Origin: Sneathiella sp.
Lineage (GTDB): Bacteria; Pseudomonadota; Alphaproteobacteria; Sneathiellales; Sneathiellaceae
Assembly: GCF_036960985.1 (NCBI RefSeq)
Contig: NZ_JBALWD010000016.1
Coordinates: forward strand, 3,998-67,997
Reading direction: 5' to 3'
DNA length: 64,000 nucleotides
Below, piece by piece: positions 31,095 to 39,254 of this stretch; position 1 is the first letter of the stretch; the number at the start of each line of letters is the position of its first letter. A program made the position numbers and the translations under genes. The notes under the pieces were generated by a model. That model had not been told where the DNA came from. It worked only from the letters and a program-made list of their open reading frames with translations, and did no database searches.

Positions 31095-32870
31095 TTATCC
31101 TGTTTTGCTAATCTTTGTCATGCTGAAGACAATTTTCCCGGTACACCCAGCATGACCACCACTAGTTTCCTGCGCTTCAGAATGAAAGGTTTTCTGGTCC
31201 TGATCCAGCCTAAATCTTTCGCTCCATTGCCAGTTACTGCCGCCACCCGGGTAGTTGACTGCGAGCACGATTTTACCGTTTATGGTTTCGCTATTGACAT
31301 ACAAGCCCTCGCGTCCGGCCCAGAAAGTAAAAGACTGCTGCGGTGCGGTGAAGCTTAAATCAAAATTCCACAAATGAGATCGGGAGCAATAAGCTGAATT
31401 ACCGACCGAGGCTTCATATTTAGCCGTAACGCGCCACGTTCCCCTCGTTTTATAGCCCGCCGGATTTTGCGCCGTTGCCGTAACTTCTGACGAACGGGCC
31501 AGGGCTTCATTGAGGTTTAGAATGGCGACAGAAGCGTATTTGCTATCCAGATGCTCCTTTAAAAACTGGCCGAGTGCGGTTGGATCCTGCTTGTCTTCAA
31601 GGTTGCGCCAGGCAATATCCGCGCTAGAGATCGATGCGCTGCTTTGCTTTTTCATGGTGAAGACAATTTTCCCGATGCATCCAGCATGACCGCCACCAGC
31701 TTCACGAGCTTCAGAGAAGAAGTTTTTTTGATCCTGATCCAGCCTAAATCTTTCGCTCCATTGCCAGTTACTACCGCCTTTTGGATAGTTCAATGCGAGA
31801 ACGAGCCGGCCGTTCTCTATAGTACTATTGACATACAGGCCTTCTGATCCGGTCCAGAACGTATAGGATTGCGGTGTGTTGGATAGGGTGAGATCGAAAT
31901 CCCAAACATGTGGTTTGGCACAGTAGGCCGATTTCCCCGAAACCGCTTCATATTGTGCAGCTACGCGCCATCTTCCTGTCGTATCATAGTCATTACCCGT
32001 GGAATTTCTTGCGGCAGCGCTAGACGAAAACGCCAACCCAGGCCTGTCCTGTTTCGTCATGAGAATATCTACCACACCGACACAATTTGACGCCGACATG
32101 GATCCCGAGCTGAATTTAGGTTCAGACGTTAACCTGACTTGCGGTTTGTCCAGTTTTAGTCGTTGGGTCAGTTGCCAGTCGCCGCCAGCATCGGGAACCG
32201 AGAAAACCAGTTCCGAGTAATCCGCGGAATGTTCCCCAGTGACATTTAATTGAACGCTATTACTCCAGTAAGTTTCCGATATGCGGCCGCGCCTACTGTA
32301 GTCGAGCTGGAAATTCCAGCTGCGTTGTTTCGGGCAAATGGAGGCGTTCGTGGCTGTGGCCGAATACGTCGCGGAGACATTCCAGATGCCGGCCGGATCA
32401 AAGGCTGCGGCTTCGGCTTTGGGAACAGCTGCAAGTGGCACCGCCGCTGTTGGATTTGCTTTTTGTTCCGCGGCGACATAACCCAGGTTATTCCCGATGC
32501 TGATTTCCAATTCGCGGACCCAGGTATTGTAGCCGCGGTGAATTCGAGCACCCTGGCTCGCCAAATTGCGGCTCGACACGTAATTTATGTCAAAGGATTG
32601 GTTGGTATAAACCACGTCAACCACCGCCTCATGCTTACCTCTAACACCGAGTGTAGCGCGGATTACACCCGGGCTCCGTTTTTCCATTACCCAGCCTTTC
32701 TCAGCACCCGCGGCGAGAATTCCGTCGCCGATCGCCGACAATGGTGCCGTCTCTAATCCCGGCGGTACCGCGACCGAAGAGGGGATATAGATAGGTTGGA
32801 TGCGCGGCTGACAGGCGCCGATGAAGATGACAAATGTAATCAAGGAGATAAGACGGAACGGGATTTTCAC
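31095..32870 (-). CDS. Lipoprotein of unknown function with three copies of a ~115-aa Cys/Trp domain
   Basis: Lipobox FIGAC; repeats at aa ~157-274, ~295-409 and ~473-586. Confidence 0.8.
   Translation of the reverse strand: MKIPFRLISLITFVIFIGACQPRIQPIYIPSSVAVPPGLETAPLSAIGDGILAAGAEKGWVMEKRSPGVIRATLGVRGKHEAVVDVVYTNQSFDINYVSSRNLASQGARIHRGYNTWVRELEISIGNNLGYVAAEQKANPTAAVPLAAVPKAEAAAFDPAGIWNVSATYSATATNASICPKQRSWNFQLDYSRRGRISETYWSNSVQLNVTGEHSADYSELVFSVPDAGGDWQLTQRLKLDKPQVRLTSEPKFSSGSMSASNCVGVVDILMTKQDRPGLAFSSSAAARNSTGNDYDTTGRWRVAAQYEAVSGKSAYCAKPHVWDFDLTLSNTPQSYTFWTGSEGLYVNSTIENGRLVLALNYPKGGSNWQWSERFRLDQDQKNFFSEAREAGGGHAGCIGKIVFTMKKQSSASISSADIAWRNLEDKQDPTALGQFLKEHLDSKYASVAILNLNEALARSSEVTATAQNPAGYKTRGTWRVTAKYEASVGNSAYCSRSHLWNFDLSFTAPQQSFTFWAGREGLYVNSETINGKIVLAVNYPGGGSNWQWSERFRLDQDQKTFHSEAQETSGGHAGCTGKIVFSMTKISKTG
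31113..31988. repeat. Intragenic direct repeat, period 534 bp, including a 41-bp perfect match
   Basis: TCCTGATCCAGCCTAAATCTTTCGCTCCATTGCCAGTTACT at 31198-31238 and 31732-31772, within longer degenerate similarity. Confidence 0.9.
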
Positions 32871-33067
32871 AATACGGATCCTACGAAGAAATCACAGAGT
32901 TTAACCAACTACCTGAGAAGGATTAACAAACTGTTTTTACGCGCCAAAAAAACAATCTGGAGTTTAGTATCATGGTAGAGGGAAGGGCAATGGATTTTTT
33001 ATTTATATGATTTTTCTATTAATAGAGCCGATTACGCGAATATTTCTATGAATAAAGCAGGACCCTG

Positions 33068-33670
33068 TCACAGGGTAACGTCTGTCGGTGTATTGGTGAG
33101 AATATAAACCCCGACACCCATGAGCAGGAAGGGAAGGATCTTTGGCGCGATTTTGACCAGAATGTTGCGCAGCTTCGAAAAGGAAACAGCGGATTGACCG
33201 GCAAAAATAATGAACGCTGCGGTGACCACGACACTGATATACATCCACGGAATGAGGGCGGATCTGGTATCCACAAATAACGGCGCCAACACACCGATGG
33301 AATCCCAGCTATGGGTCAGCATGATGACAACTATCGCCCAAATCGATCCGCTTCCCCGTATCAGATCGGTTTTGATTTCGTCCGCAGGCGATGTTTTCCG
33401 GGTGACCAGTTGATATAATTCATAAGCGCCAATGGCGAGCGGCACGAGGCCAATATAATGGATGTATTCTGTCGGGATCAGCCGCGCACTCTGCGCCAGA
33501 ATATGGGCGATGACCAACATCAGGATAACGGCAATCATGTAACCCGCACGGACCTTTGCCGCCCCATATTTGGGATGCAAAGAAAGCGTCACCAGCAGGA
33601 ACAGATTATCGATGCTGGTCGAGAGAAAAGCCATAAAGCTGACGGAAATCGCCAGAATGATTTCATCCAA
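33068..33670 (-). CDS. Cadmium resistance transporter (CadD)-like membrane protein
   Basis: STSIDNLFLL, YIGLVPLAIG, DSIGVLAPLF; LysE-superfamily topology. Confidence 0.75.
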   Translation of the reverse strand: MDEIILAISVSFMAFLSTSIDNLFLLVTLSLHPKYGAAKVRAGYMIAVILMLVIAHILAQSARLIPTEYIHYIGLVPLAIGAYELYQLVTRKTSPADEIKTDLIRGSGSIWAIVVIMLTHSWDSIGVLAPLFVDTRSALIPWMYISVVVTAAFIIFAGQSAVSFSKLRNILVKIAPKILPFLLMGVGVYILTNTPTDVTL

Positions 33671-33720
33671 TTTTTACAATTCCCGTCGTTACTCAGTGAC
33701 TATTTGTCGACGTCCAGACA

Positions 33721-34713
33721 TTAATCCTGCCGTTCGCCCTGACCAATATGAAACAAGCAGTCACCGCGGACGACCCGCGCTGGTACCCGCTTCGCCAAAA
33801 TCACACCATCGGCCTCAAAAAATAACTCGACAGGCGGCCGGCCGGGGGTCTCGGTTTGATGGATCAGGGCCGCCGGTTGCCCGGGTTTGACGTCCTCACC
33901 CGGATCAGCCAGCGGCTCGAACACACCGGGTTCCGTGGCAAATATAGAGCCTTCTTCAAGAAAGGCCCGGGAGCGCCCGGGGGCGGCCTCGGGGGCGGAG
34001 GATATGGCGCCAATGGACTTCAGCGACCGCTTCAAGCCATCACCTGCTTCGCGGGCCAGTCCTTTTGTCACGGCACCGCCGCCAGCCAATTCCGTAAGAA
34101 TACTACAGACACCTTTGCGGAACGCTGCTGCTGAGGAGAACCCGCCAATTTCGTCACGCTCGAAATACAAAGTCAGGGGCAATCCGAAGGCTTTTTCAAC
34201 GGCCTGCTTCTCGGCCAAATGCGGATCATCGCCATACAGGGATATCAACAAGGTTGGCTTGTATAACAAGGAACTACCGCCAGAATGTAGGTCAAACAGA
34301 TAGTCCGCCCGCTCGAGCAATGTATTTTCGATGTAATGGGCGATTTGTTGTGTCGGGGTGCCTGCCGGGTTTCCGGGAAACGATCGGTTAAGATTGCCCT
34401 GATCAAGCGGGGAGGTGCGAAGGCCGGCTTCCGCCGCTGGGAAGTTGGACATGGGCAGGAAGATCAATTGCCCCGTGACCTCTTCCAGTGGAAGGGTCCG
34501 GATCATCTCGGACAGGATCACCTGACCTTCATACTCGTCCCCATGATTGCCCGCCATCAACAGCACTGTCGGGCCTTCGCCATTCTTAATGCTGGCAATG
34601 GGAATGGGAATAAACCCATAAGCCGAACGATGAACTGAATGCAGCAGTTGAAGATAACCGTGCTGAACACCATTGGCATCGAAATCGATTGTACTGGTAA
34701 TAAGAGAGGACAT
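33721..34713 (-). CDS. Succinylglutamate desuccinylase/aspartoacylase family deacylase (DoeB/EutE-like)
   Basis: AGNHGDEYEG, GNLNRSFPG, DLHSGG, ELAGG. Confidence 0.88.
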   Translation of the reverse strand: MSSLITSTIDFDANGVQHGYLQLLHSVHRSAYGFIPIPIASIKNGEGPTVLLMAGNHGDEYEGQVILSEMIRTLPLEEVTGQLIFLPMSNFPAAEAGLRTSPLDQGNLNRSFPGNPAGTPTQQIAHYIENTLLERADYLFDLHSGGSSLLYKPTLLISLYGDDPHLAEKQAVEKAFGLPLTLYFERDEIGGFSSAAAFRKGVCSILTELAGGGAVTKGLAREAGDGLKRSLKSIGAISSAPEAAPGRSRAFLEEGSIFATEPGVFEPLADPGEDVKPGQPAALIHQTETPGRPPVELFFEADGVILAKRVPARVVRGDCLFHIGQGERQD

Positions 34714-34837
34714 GTCACCCCGTCATAATCTGGATTGGGAACCCCAAAGATGGATTCTATAAGTCAATATTTGCCACGGGCCGTCCGGAAATACCAGTGA
34801 AGAAGTAACCGATGCAGAAATAAGGCAAGGTTGGCGG

Positions 34838-35065
34838 TTATTGATCCTTGGTATCTCGTTTGAACAAGGCCCATTCTTCCATGACAGTGCCATCGGGTAA
34901 GTGGCAATAGCCAACCTGGCCCGCAGCCTCTGACACGATTTTCACAGTGCCGCCTTTTTCAGCACAATGCACCGATGCGGGGTTGGCTAAGGTAGATTTC
35001 GGTTTCTGTTCCTCTGAGAGGCAGGCCATCAGGGGCAACACTAAAATTAGGGATAGATATCTCAT
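34838..35065 (-). CDS. DUF333 small lipoprotein
   Basis: LMAC lipobox, ANPASVHC...GG...GYCHLPDG...EEWALF. Confidence 0.88.
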   Translation of the reverse strand: MRYLSLILVLPLMACLSEEQKPKSTLANPASVHCAEKGGTVKIVSEAAGQVGYCHLPDGTVMEEWALFKRDTKDQ

Positions 35066-35195
35066 AATCTTGACCTCAATACACGCATGTTTAGAAATAA
35101 ATTATTTACCACAACCTATGGAGTGTCTATATAGTTTGTTTGCACTTCTACGGTTATTGTTTTTGACAGACACGTCAATAGGGGAAAAAAGTAGC

Positions 35196-36764
35196 ATGCC
35201 GATTACCGGATCCAAACTGGAAAAACCTTCAAATCTCCTGAACATTTTTAAGACTAGCCTGGAAACCAAACCCGATGAGATCGCGTTGGTGTCCCGGCGG
35301 GTTCGCCTGACCTGGCGCGAATTGGAAACCATGAGCAGTACTTTGGCGAGCAGTTTGCTCGCTTTTGGTTTGGTGCCGGGTGATCGCGTAGCTTCCTTGA
35401 TGCCCAATCGATGGGAACTGTTAATCCTTTATCTCGCTTGCCTTAAAGCCGGGCTGGTCGCCACGCCGCTTAACTATCGATATATGGCGCCGGAGATTGA
35501 TCATGCGCTGGGCGTAAGTGACGCGAAAGTTTTAATTGCCCATGCGGAACGAGATGCAGACCTGGCCGAGACCAGCCTTGTGAAATCACTTCCATTTGGT
35601 GTCATCGGCTATGCCGCCGATGACAAGCGGGAGTCAAACCTGGAACAGATGATTGAAAGCTGTCCCGATAATATTGAAATTCCGGAAAACGATTTTTCCG
35701 CGCCGATGGCGATCTTTTTTACGTCCGGCAGTACGGGTAAGCCGAAGGGAGTGACCCATACGGTGGAAACTTTCAGCTGGATGTGTTCGGCAATTATGCA
35801 AGCCCTGGAAATTCGCGGCGATGATGTACTGCTACCGGGCTCCTCTATTTCGCATGTGGGAGGTTTTCTCTGGACATTTGCCTGTTTGTCCTCCGGTACG
35901 CAGGTTATTATTGCTCGGTCCTTTGACGGCGATGAAATGTTGCCAATCCTGCGTGATTTCAAGCCAACAGTTTTGAGCATGATTCCTGCGGCATTGTTCG
36001 AGCTGGTCCGCGACCGCCATGGTACCCATGATGATTTTGCGTCTCTGCGCCTTTGTGTTTCCGGTGGCGACAAGATCTCCAGTGTGCTCGAGCATGAATT
36101 TATGGAAAAAGCAGGTATCGTCGCCTCGGAAATATACGGCATGACCGAAATCGGTTGCTCGCATTTCAATCACGATAAGTCGCAGCATCATTTGGGATCC
36201 GTTGGGACAGTTGCCGACGGGTTTGAGGCAGTCCTGCGGGATGATAATGGTGGAGAAGTTGCGCTGGAGGAGCCGGGACGGTTATGGGTGCGATCAAAAA
36301 GCACAACAATCGGTTACTGGAATAATGAAGACGCCACGAGCGAAGCCTATGATGAGGGTTGGTTTGATACAGGTGACATCATGAAGCTTGATAAGGACGG
36401 GTTTTATTGGTTTTGTGGTCGCAAGAAACAGATCATTATACATAACGGATCAAATATTTGCCCGCAGGAAGTCGAGGAGGCATTGCAGGGCCATGCTGCC
36501 GTTGAACATGCCGGCGTTGTCGGCGTGCATGATCTGGTTCATGGTGAGAATGTTATTGCCTATATAACCTTGCAGGCTGATGCCGTTTTGCCGTCTTTGG
36601 GTGAAATTATTGCGTTTAGTAAAAAACTGGTGGGATACAAGGCGCCGGAAGAAATTGTCATCCTCGATGAAATGCCGTTTAACGCGACGGGAAAAGTTGA
36701 CCGTGTCACCCTGAAGAAGCTCGCTGAAGAGGCTCACCGCATTGACGCCGTAGTAACCGCGTGA
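35196..36764 (+). CDS. Class I adenylate-forming enzyme, paralog of 28591..30135
   Basis: FTSGSTGKPKG, YGMTE, TGD, GRKKQII, TGKVDR; ATG 35196 follows GGGG, avoiding overlap with DUF333. Confidence 0.92.
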   Translation: MPITGSKLEKPSNLLNIFKTSLETKPDEIALVSRRVRLTWRELETMSSTLASSLLAFGLVPGDRVASLMPNRWELLILYLACLKAGLVATPLNYRYMAPEIDHALGVSDAKVLIAHAERDADLAETSLVKSLPFGVIGYAADDKRESNLEQMIESCPDNIEIPENDFSAPMAIFFTSGSTGKPKGVTHTVETFSWMCSAIMQALEIRGDDVLLPGSSISHVGGFLWTFACLSSGTQVIIARSFDGDEMLPILRDFKPTVLSMIPAALFELVRDRHGTHDDFASLRLCVSGGDKISSVLEHEFMEKAGIVASEIYGMTEIGCSHFNHDKSQHHLGSVGTVADGFEAVLRDDNGGEVALEEPGRLWVRSKSTTIGYWNNEDATSEAYDEGWFDTGDIMKLDKDGFYWFCGRKKQIIIHNGSNICPQEVEEALQGHAAVEHAGVVGVHDLVHGENVIAYITLQADAVLPSLGEIIAFSKKLVGYKAPEEIVILDEMPFNATGKVDRVTLKKLAEEAHRIDAVVTA

Positions 36765-37654
36765 CGGCGCCATCCTTTTATCAAGGCTTGGTTTACGGGT
36801 TTATTGCGGCTTTCTTTTGGGGAACCCACAGTGTCATCGTGCGGTTTCTGACCGCTGACCTGGGGGGTTTGGCTGTTGCTTGCATTCGGTTATATATCGC
36901 CGCGCTATGCCTTGGTGTATTTTTGAAATTTCGCGGCTATCCAATCCGCATTGATTTTCGAAACCCCGTCTTTTGGTGGACCACACTGGCCGCCACGGTG
37001 AATTTCGTATTTTTCCATGTAGGGCTTGAATATACCGATGCCCCTAGCGCGATTTTACTAGAGAATACAGCGCCAATCTTCGTCATTATTGGCATGTTCC
37101 TGATTTGGCGGTGGAAAATAAGATGGGCCGAGATGTGTTCCGTGGCGCTGGTGGTTTTTGGTGCCTATTACACGGTCCGGGACAGTTTTTCCTTAGGCGG
37201 GGATGTCGTCACCGGGGATATCATGGAAATAGTCGCCGGCTTGGTTTGGGCCGTCTTTATTGTCGGTAGCAGCCGGGCACTGAGCACCAGCTCAAGTACT
37301 AATGAGCGCGTTAATTTTCTGTTCGGCGTGTTTATTATCTCGGCTGTTCTGATGACACCGTTTCTGTTTTTCTCAACTTATCACGTGACCCTGCTTGACG
37401 GCACGTTGCTCATACTACTGGGTGTTTTCCCGACAGCCTTTGCCTTTATTTTTTGGTATGAGGCGGCGGCGCGGGTGTCAACGGTGACGGCGGCGCTGCT
37501 CTTTAGTCTGTCGATCATCTTTACGTTTATTTTCGCCTCAATATTTCTGGGAGAAGAAATTCGTCCGGATATGATGATCGGCGGGGGCCTTATAATTCTA
37601 GGGGTTGGAATATCAAAATTCTCGTCGCCGGAATTGGCCGCGAAAAAAATCTAG
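36761..37654 (+). CDS. DMT/EamA family transporter
   Basis: About ten TM segments in two EamA repeats; GTGA overlap with the ligase stop. Confidence 0.9.
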   Translation: MTAPSFYQGLVYGFIAAFFWGTHSVIVRFLTADLGGLAVACIRLYIAALCLGVFLKFRGYPIRIDFRNPVFWWTTLAATVNFVFFHVGLEYTDAPSAILLENTAPIFVIIGMFLIWRWKIRWAEMCSVALVVFGAYYTVRDSFSLGGDVVTGDIMEIVAGLVWAVFIVGSSRALSTSSSTNERVNFLFGVFIISAVLMTPFLFFSTYHVTLLDGTLLILLGVFPTAFAFIFWYEAAARVSTVTAALLFSLSIIFTFIFASIFLGEEIRPDMMIGGGLIILGVGISKFSSPELAAKKI

Positions 37655-37676
37655 CCTCTCCATCCGGAAAGGCTAG
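37643..37676 (-). terminator. Possible intrinsic terminator of the small heat-shock gene
   Basis: CTAGCCT...AGGCTAG stem followed by a T-run on the minus strand. Confidence 0.45.
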
Positions 37677-37693
37677 GTCCGTATTGGCAGCCG

Positions 37694-38146
37694 TTAAGCT
37701 GCTTTACTTTCAATCAACTTGCTTGACGCAATTTCAATTGTTCGTGGTTTCAGGGCTTCCGGAATTTCGCGGACCAGATCAATATGAAGTAGTCCGTTTT
37801 CCATATCGGCGCCAACCACTTTAATGGTTTCTGCCAATTCGAAATTCTGGTTGAAAGAACGGGCGGCGAGGCCACGATGCAGATATTCTGCGTCGTCTTT
37901 TTCCTTGGCCGATTTCCCGGTCACTTTCAGCGAACTCTGGTTTGCCGTAATCTCGATTTCATCTTCCGCAAATCCCGCGACCGCCATGGTGATCCGGTAG
38001 TTATCCGCATCCTTCTTGACGATATTGTAGGGGGGGAAGCTGGTGTCGGTTGAGGCGCGCTCTAGGCCGCGAAACAGATGTTCGATACGGTCAAAACCAA
38101 CGGAAGAACGCAAAAGGGGTGAAAAATCATATGCACGCATTGTCAT
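37694..38146 (-). CDS. ibpA: Small heat shock protein (IbpA/Hsp20)
   Basis: DFSPLLRSSVGFDR, FPPYNI, YRITMAVAGF, YLHRGLAARSF, NGLLHIDLVREIPE. Confidence 0.93.
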   Translation of the reverse strand: MTMRAYDFSPLLRSSVGFDRIEHLFRGLERASTDTSFPPYNIVKKDADNYRITMAVAGFAEDEIEITANQSSLKVTGKSAKEKDDAEYLHRGLAARSFNQNFELAETIKVVGADMENGLLHIDLVREIPEALKPRTIEIASSKLIESKAA

Positions 38147-38229
38147 ATTCTCCTAAAGAAGCAATATAATTTGTTTCGCCATTATTGGCCAAAACAGTTG
38201 TCATCAGACCCGATAACGGCGCCTGACAG
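38144..38229 (-). ncRNA. ROSE-like RNA thermometer in the ibpA 5' UTR
   Basis: 3' hairpin ATT-G(bulge)-CTTC/TTTA/GGAG-AAT-ATG sequesters the SD and contains UUGCU; two upstream hairpins. Confidence 0.75.
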
Positions 38230-38234
38230 ACCAT

Positions 38235-38262
38235 ATATGTGGTCAATAAAAAGGGAATCAAG
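38235..38262 (-). promoter_or_regulatory. RpoH (sigma32)-type promoter of ibpA
   Basis: Minus strand CTTGAT-N14-CCACATAT. Confidence 0.7.
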
Positions 38263-38342
38263 CCTTATGAATATGGAAAATTAACTTTTTTGGCTTATTT
38301 ATTTGTGAAGCAACCAAGTGAGTTTTCTGCGGGAATTTATTA

Positions 38343-38786
38343 ATGAGTACAGGTCACGAAGAGGAAACGGTGCCAGCCATCGGTACAATATTTTTCTCCT
38401 CCACCTATGATGAGGCGCTGGCCCTGACCCACGAAGCACGATCCTATCTTGCTGGTCCCGGCCAGGAAGCGGTCCAGGAACTATCATCGGATCAAAGCTT
38501 TGGGTACGCGACGGAATCCTTGCGAATGACAACTCGATTGACCGAAGCCATGTCCTGGTTGTTTTTTCAGCGGGCCGTGCAAGCCGGCGAAATCACCGCC
38601 GAAGAAGCGCAGGCGAATGATTGCCATCTGCAGCATGCGGATGTGTGTCTGCCCGAATCCGAGAGGGATATTTCCAATCTGCCAGAAGGGTTCGTGTCGT
38701 TGCTGACCCGCAGTGAACATCTCTATCGGCGGATTTCCCGGCTCGATAAGATGGCGATCCACGCGTATGAGCGGGCACGTTCATAA
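38343..38786 (+). CDS. rcdA: DUF1465 family protein, RcdA-like regulator of CtrA degradation
   Basis: TYDEALAL...YATESLRMTTRLTEAMSWLFFQRAV..GE...L.RS..LY.RI.RLD. Confidence 0.8.
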   Translation: MSTGHEEETVPAIGTIFFSSTYDEALALTHEARSYLAGPGQEAVQELSSDQSFGYATESLRMTTRLTEAMSWLFFQRAVQAGEITAEEAQANDCHLQHADVCLPESERDISNLPEGFVSLLTRSEHLYRRISRLDKMAIHAYERARS

Positions 38787-38801
38787 CCTGAAAAAATCCA
38801 A

Positions 38802-38828
38802 GAAAAAGGCGCTTTAAACAAAGCGCCT
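38802..38828 (-). terminator. Intrinsic terminator of rpmE (possibly bidirectional)
   Basis: AGGCGCTTT-aaac-AAAGCGCCT with a T-run on the minus strand. Confidence 0.75.
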
Positions 38829-38866
38829 GTCTCAATCACCGGGTAACAACCCGCCGCAAATATAGG

Positions 38867-39088
38867 TTACTTGATGCCGAAGCTTGCGAAACGTTTGTTA
38901 AACTTGGCAACCTGTCCGTCGTCACGAAGCATCTGAGTGCCTCCTGTCCAAGCCGGATGTGTCTTGATATCAATATCAAGCTTCAAAACATCGCCTTCTT
39001 TACCGTATGTAGAACGGGTTTCGAAAGTCGTACCATCTGTCATTTCGACTGTGATGGCGTGGTAATCTGGATGTATTTCTTTTTTCAT
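38867..39088 (-). CDS. rpmE: 50S ribosomal protein L31 (no zinc-binding cysteines)
   Basis: [10 protein letters not shown]...TRST...[12 protein letters not shown]...FNKRF. Confidence 0.95.
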   Translation of the reverse strand: MKKEIHPDYHAITVEMTDGTTFETRSTYGKEGDVLKLDIDIKTHPAWTGGTQMLRDDGQVAKFNKRFASFGIK

Positions 39089-39254
39089 GTCGGCTCACCC
39101 TTTGGGGGACGCTAAAATTCTCTCAGCGCGCCTTATATTAAAGCTTGCCAAGGATAGCAAGTAAAGAAGTGCATTAAGGGGATTTTTCTTGCAATCTTGG
39201 CTCTGCCGTATACATCCTTTCATCGTAAACACTAACAAAAATGGACATTATCGC

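Noticed and set aside
30163-32870. Diversity-generating retroelement (template/variable repeat) explanation for the repeats
   Set aside because: No reverse transcriptase in the window, both copies are in-frame coding domains, and I saw no adenine-specific mismatch pattern by eye.
32900-32940. TTAAC half-sites upstream of the large lipoprotein gene (and at 38281 before rcdA)
   Set aside because: Half-sites only; too common in AT-rich DNA to call.
34947-35195. 83-aa N-terminal extension of the second adenylate-forming enzyme
   Set aside because: It overlaps the DUF333 gene on the other strand, and alignment with the paralog begins at ATG 35196.
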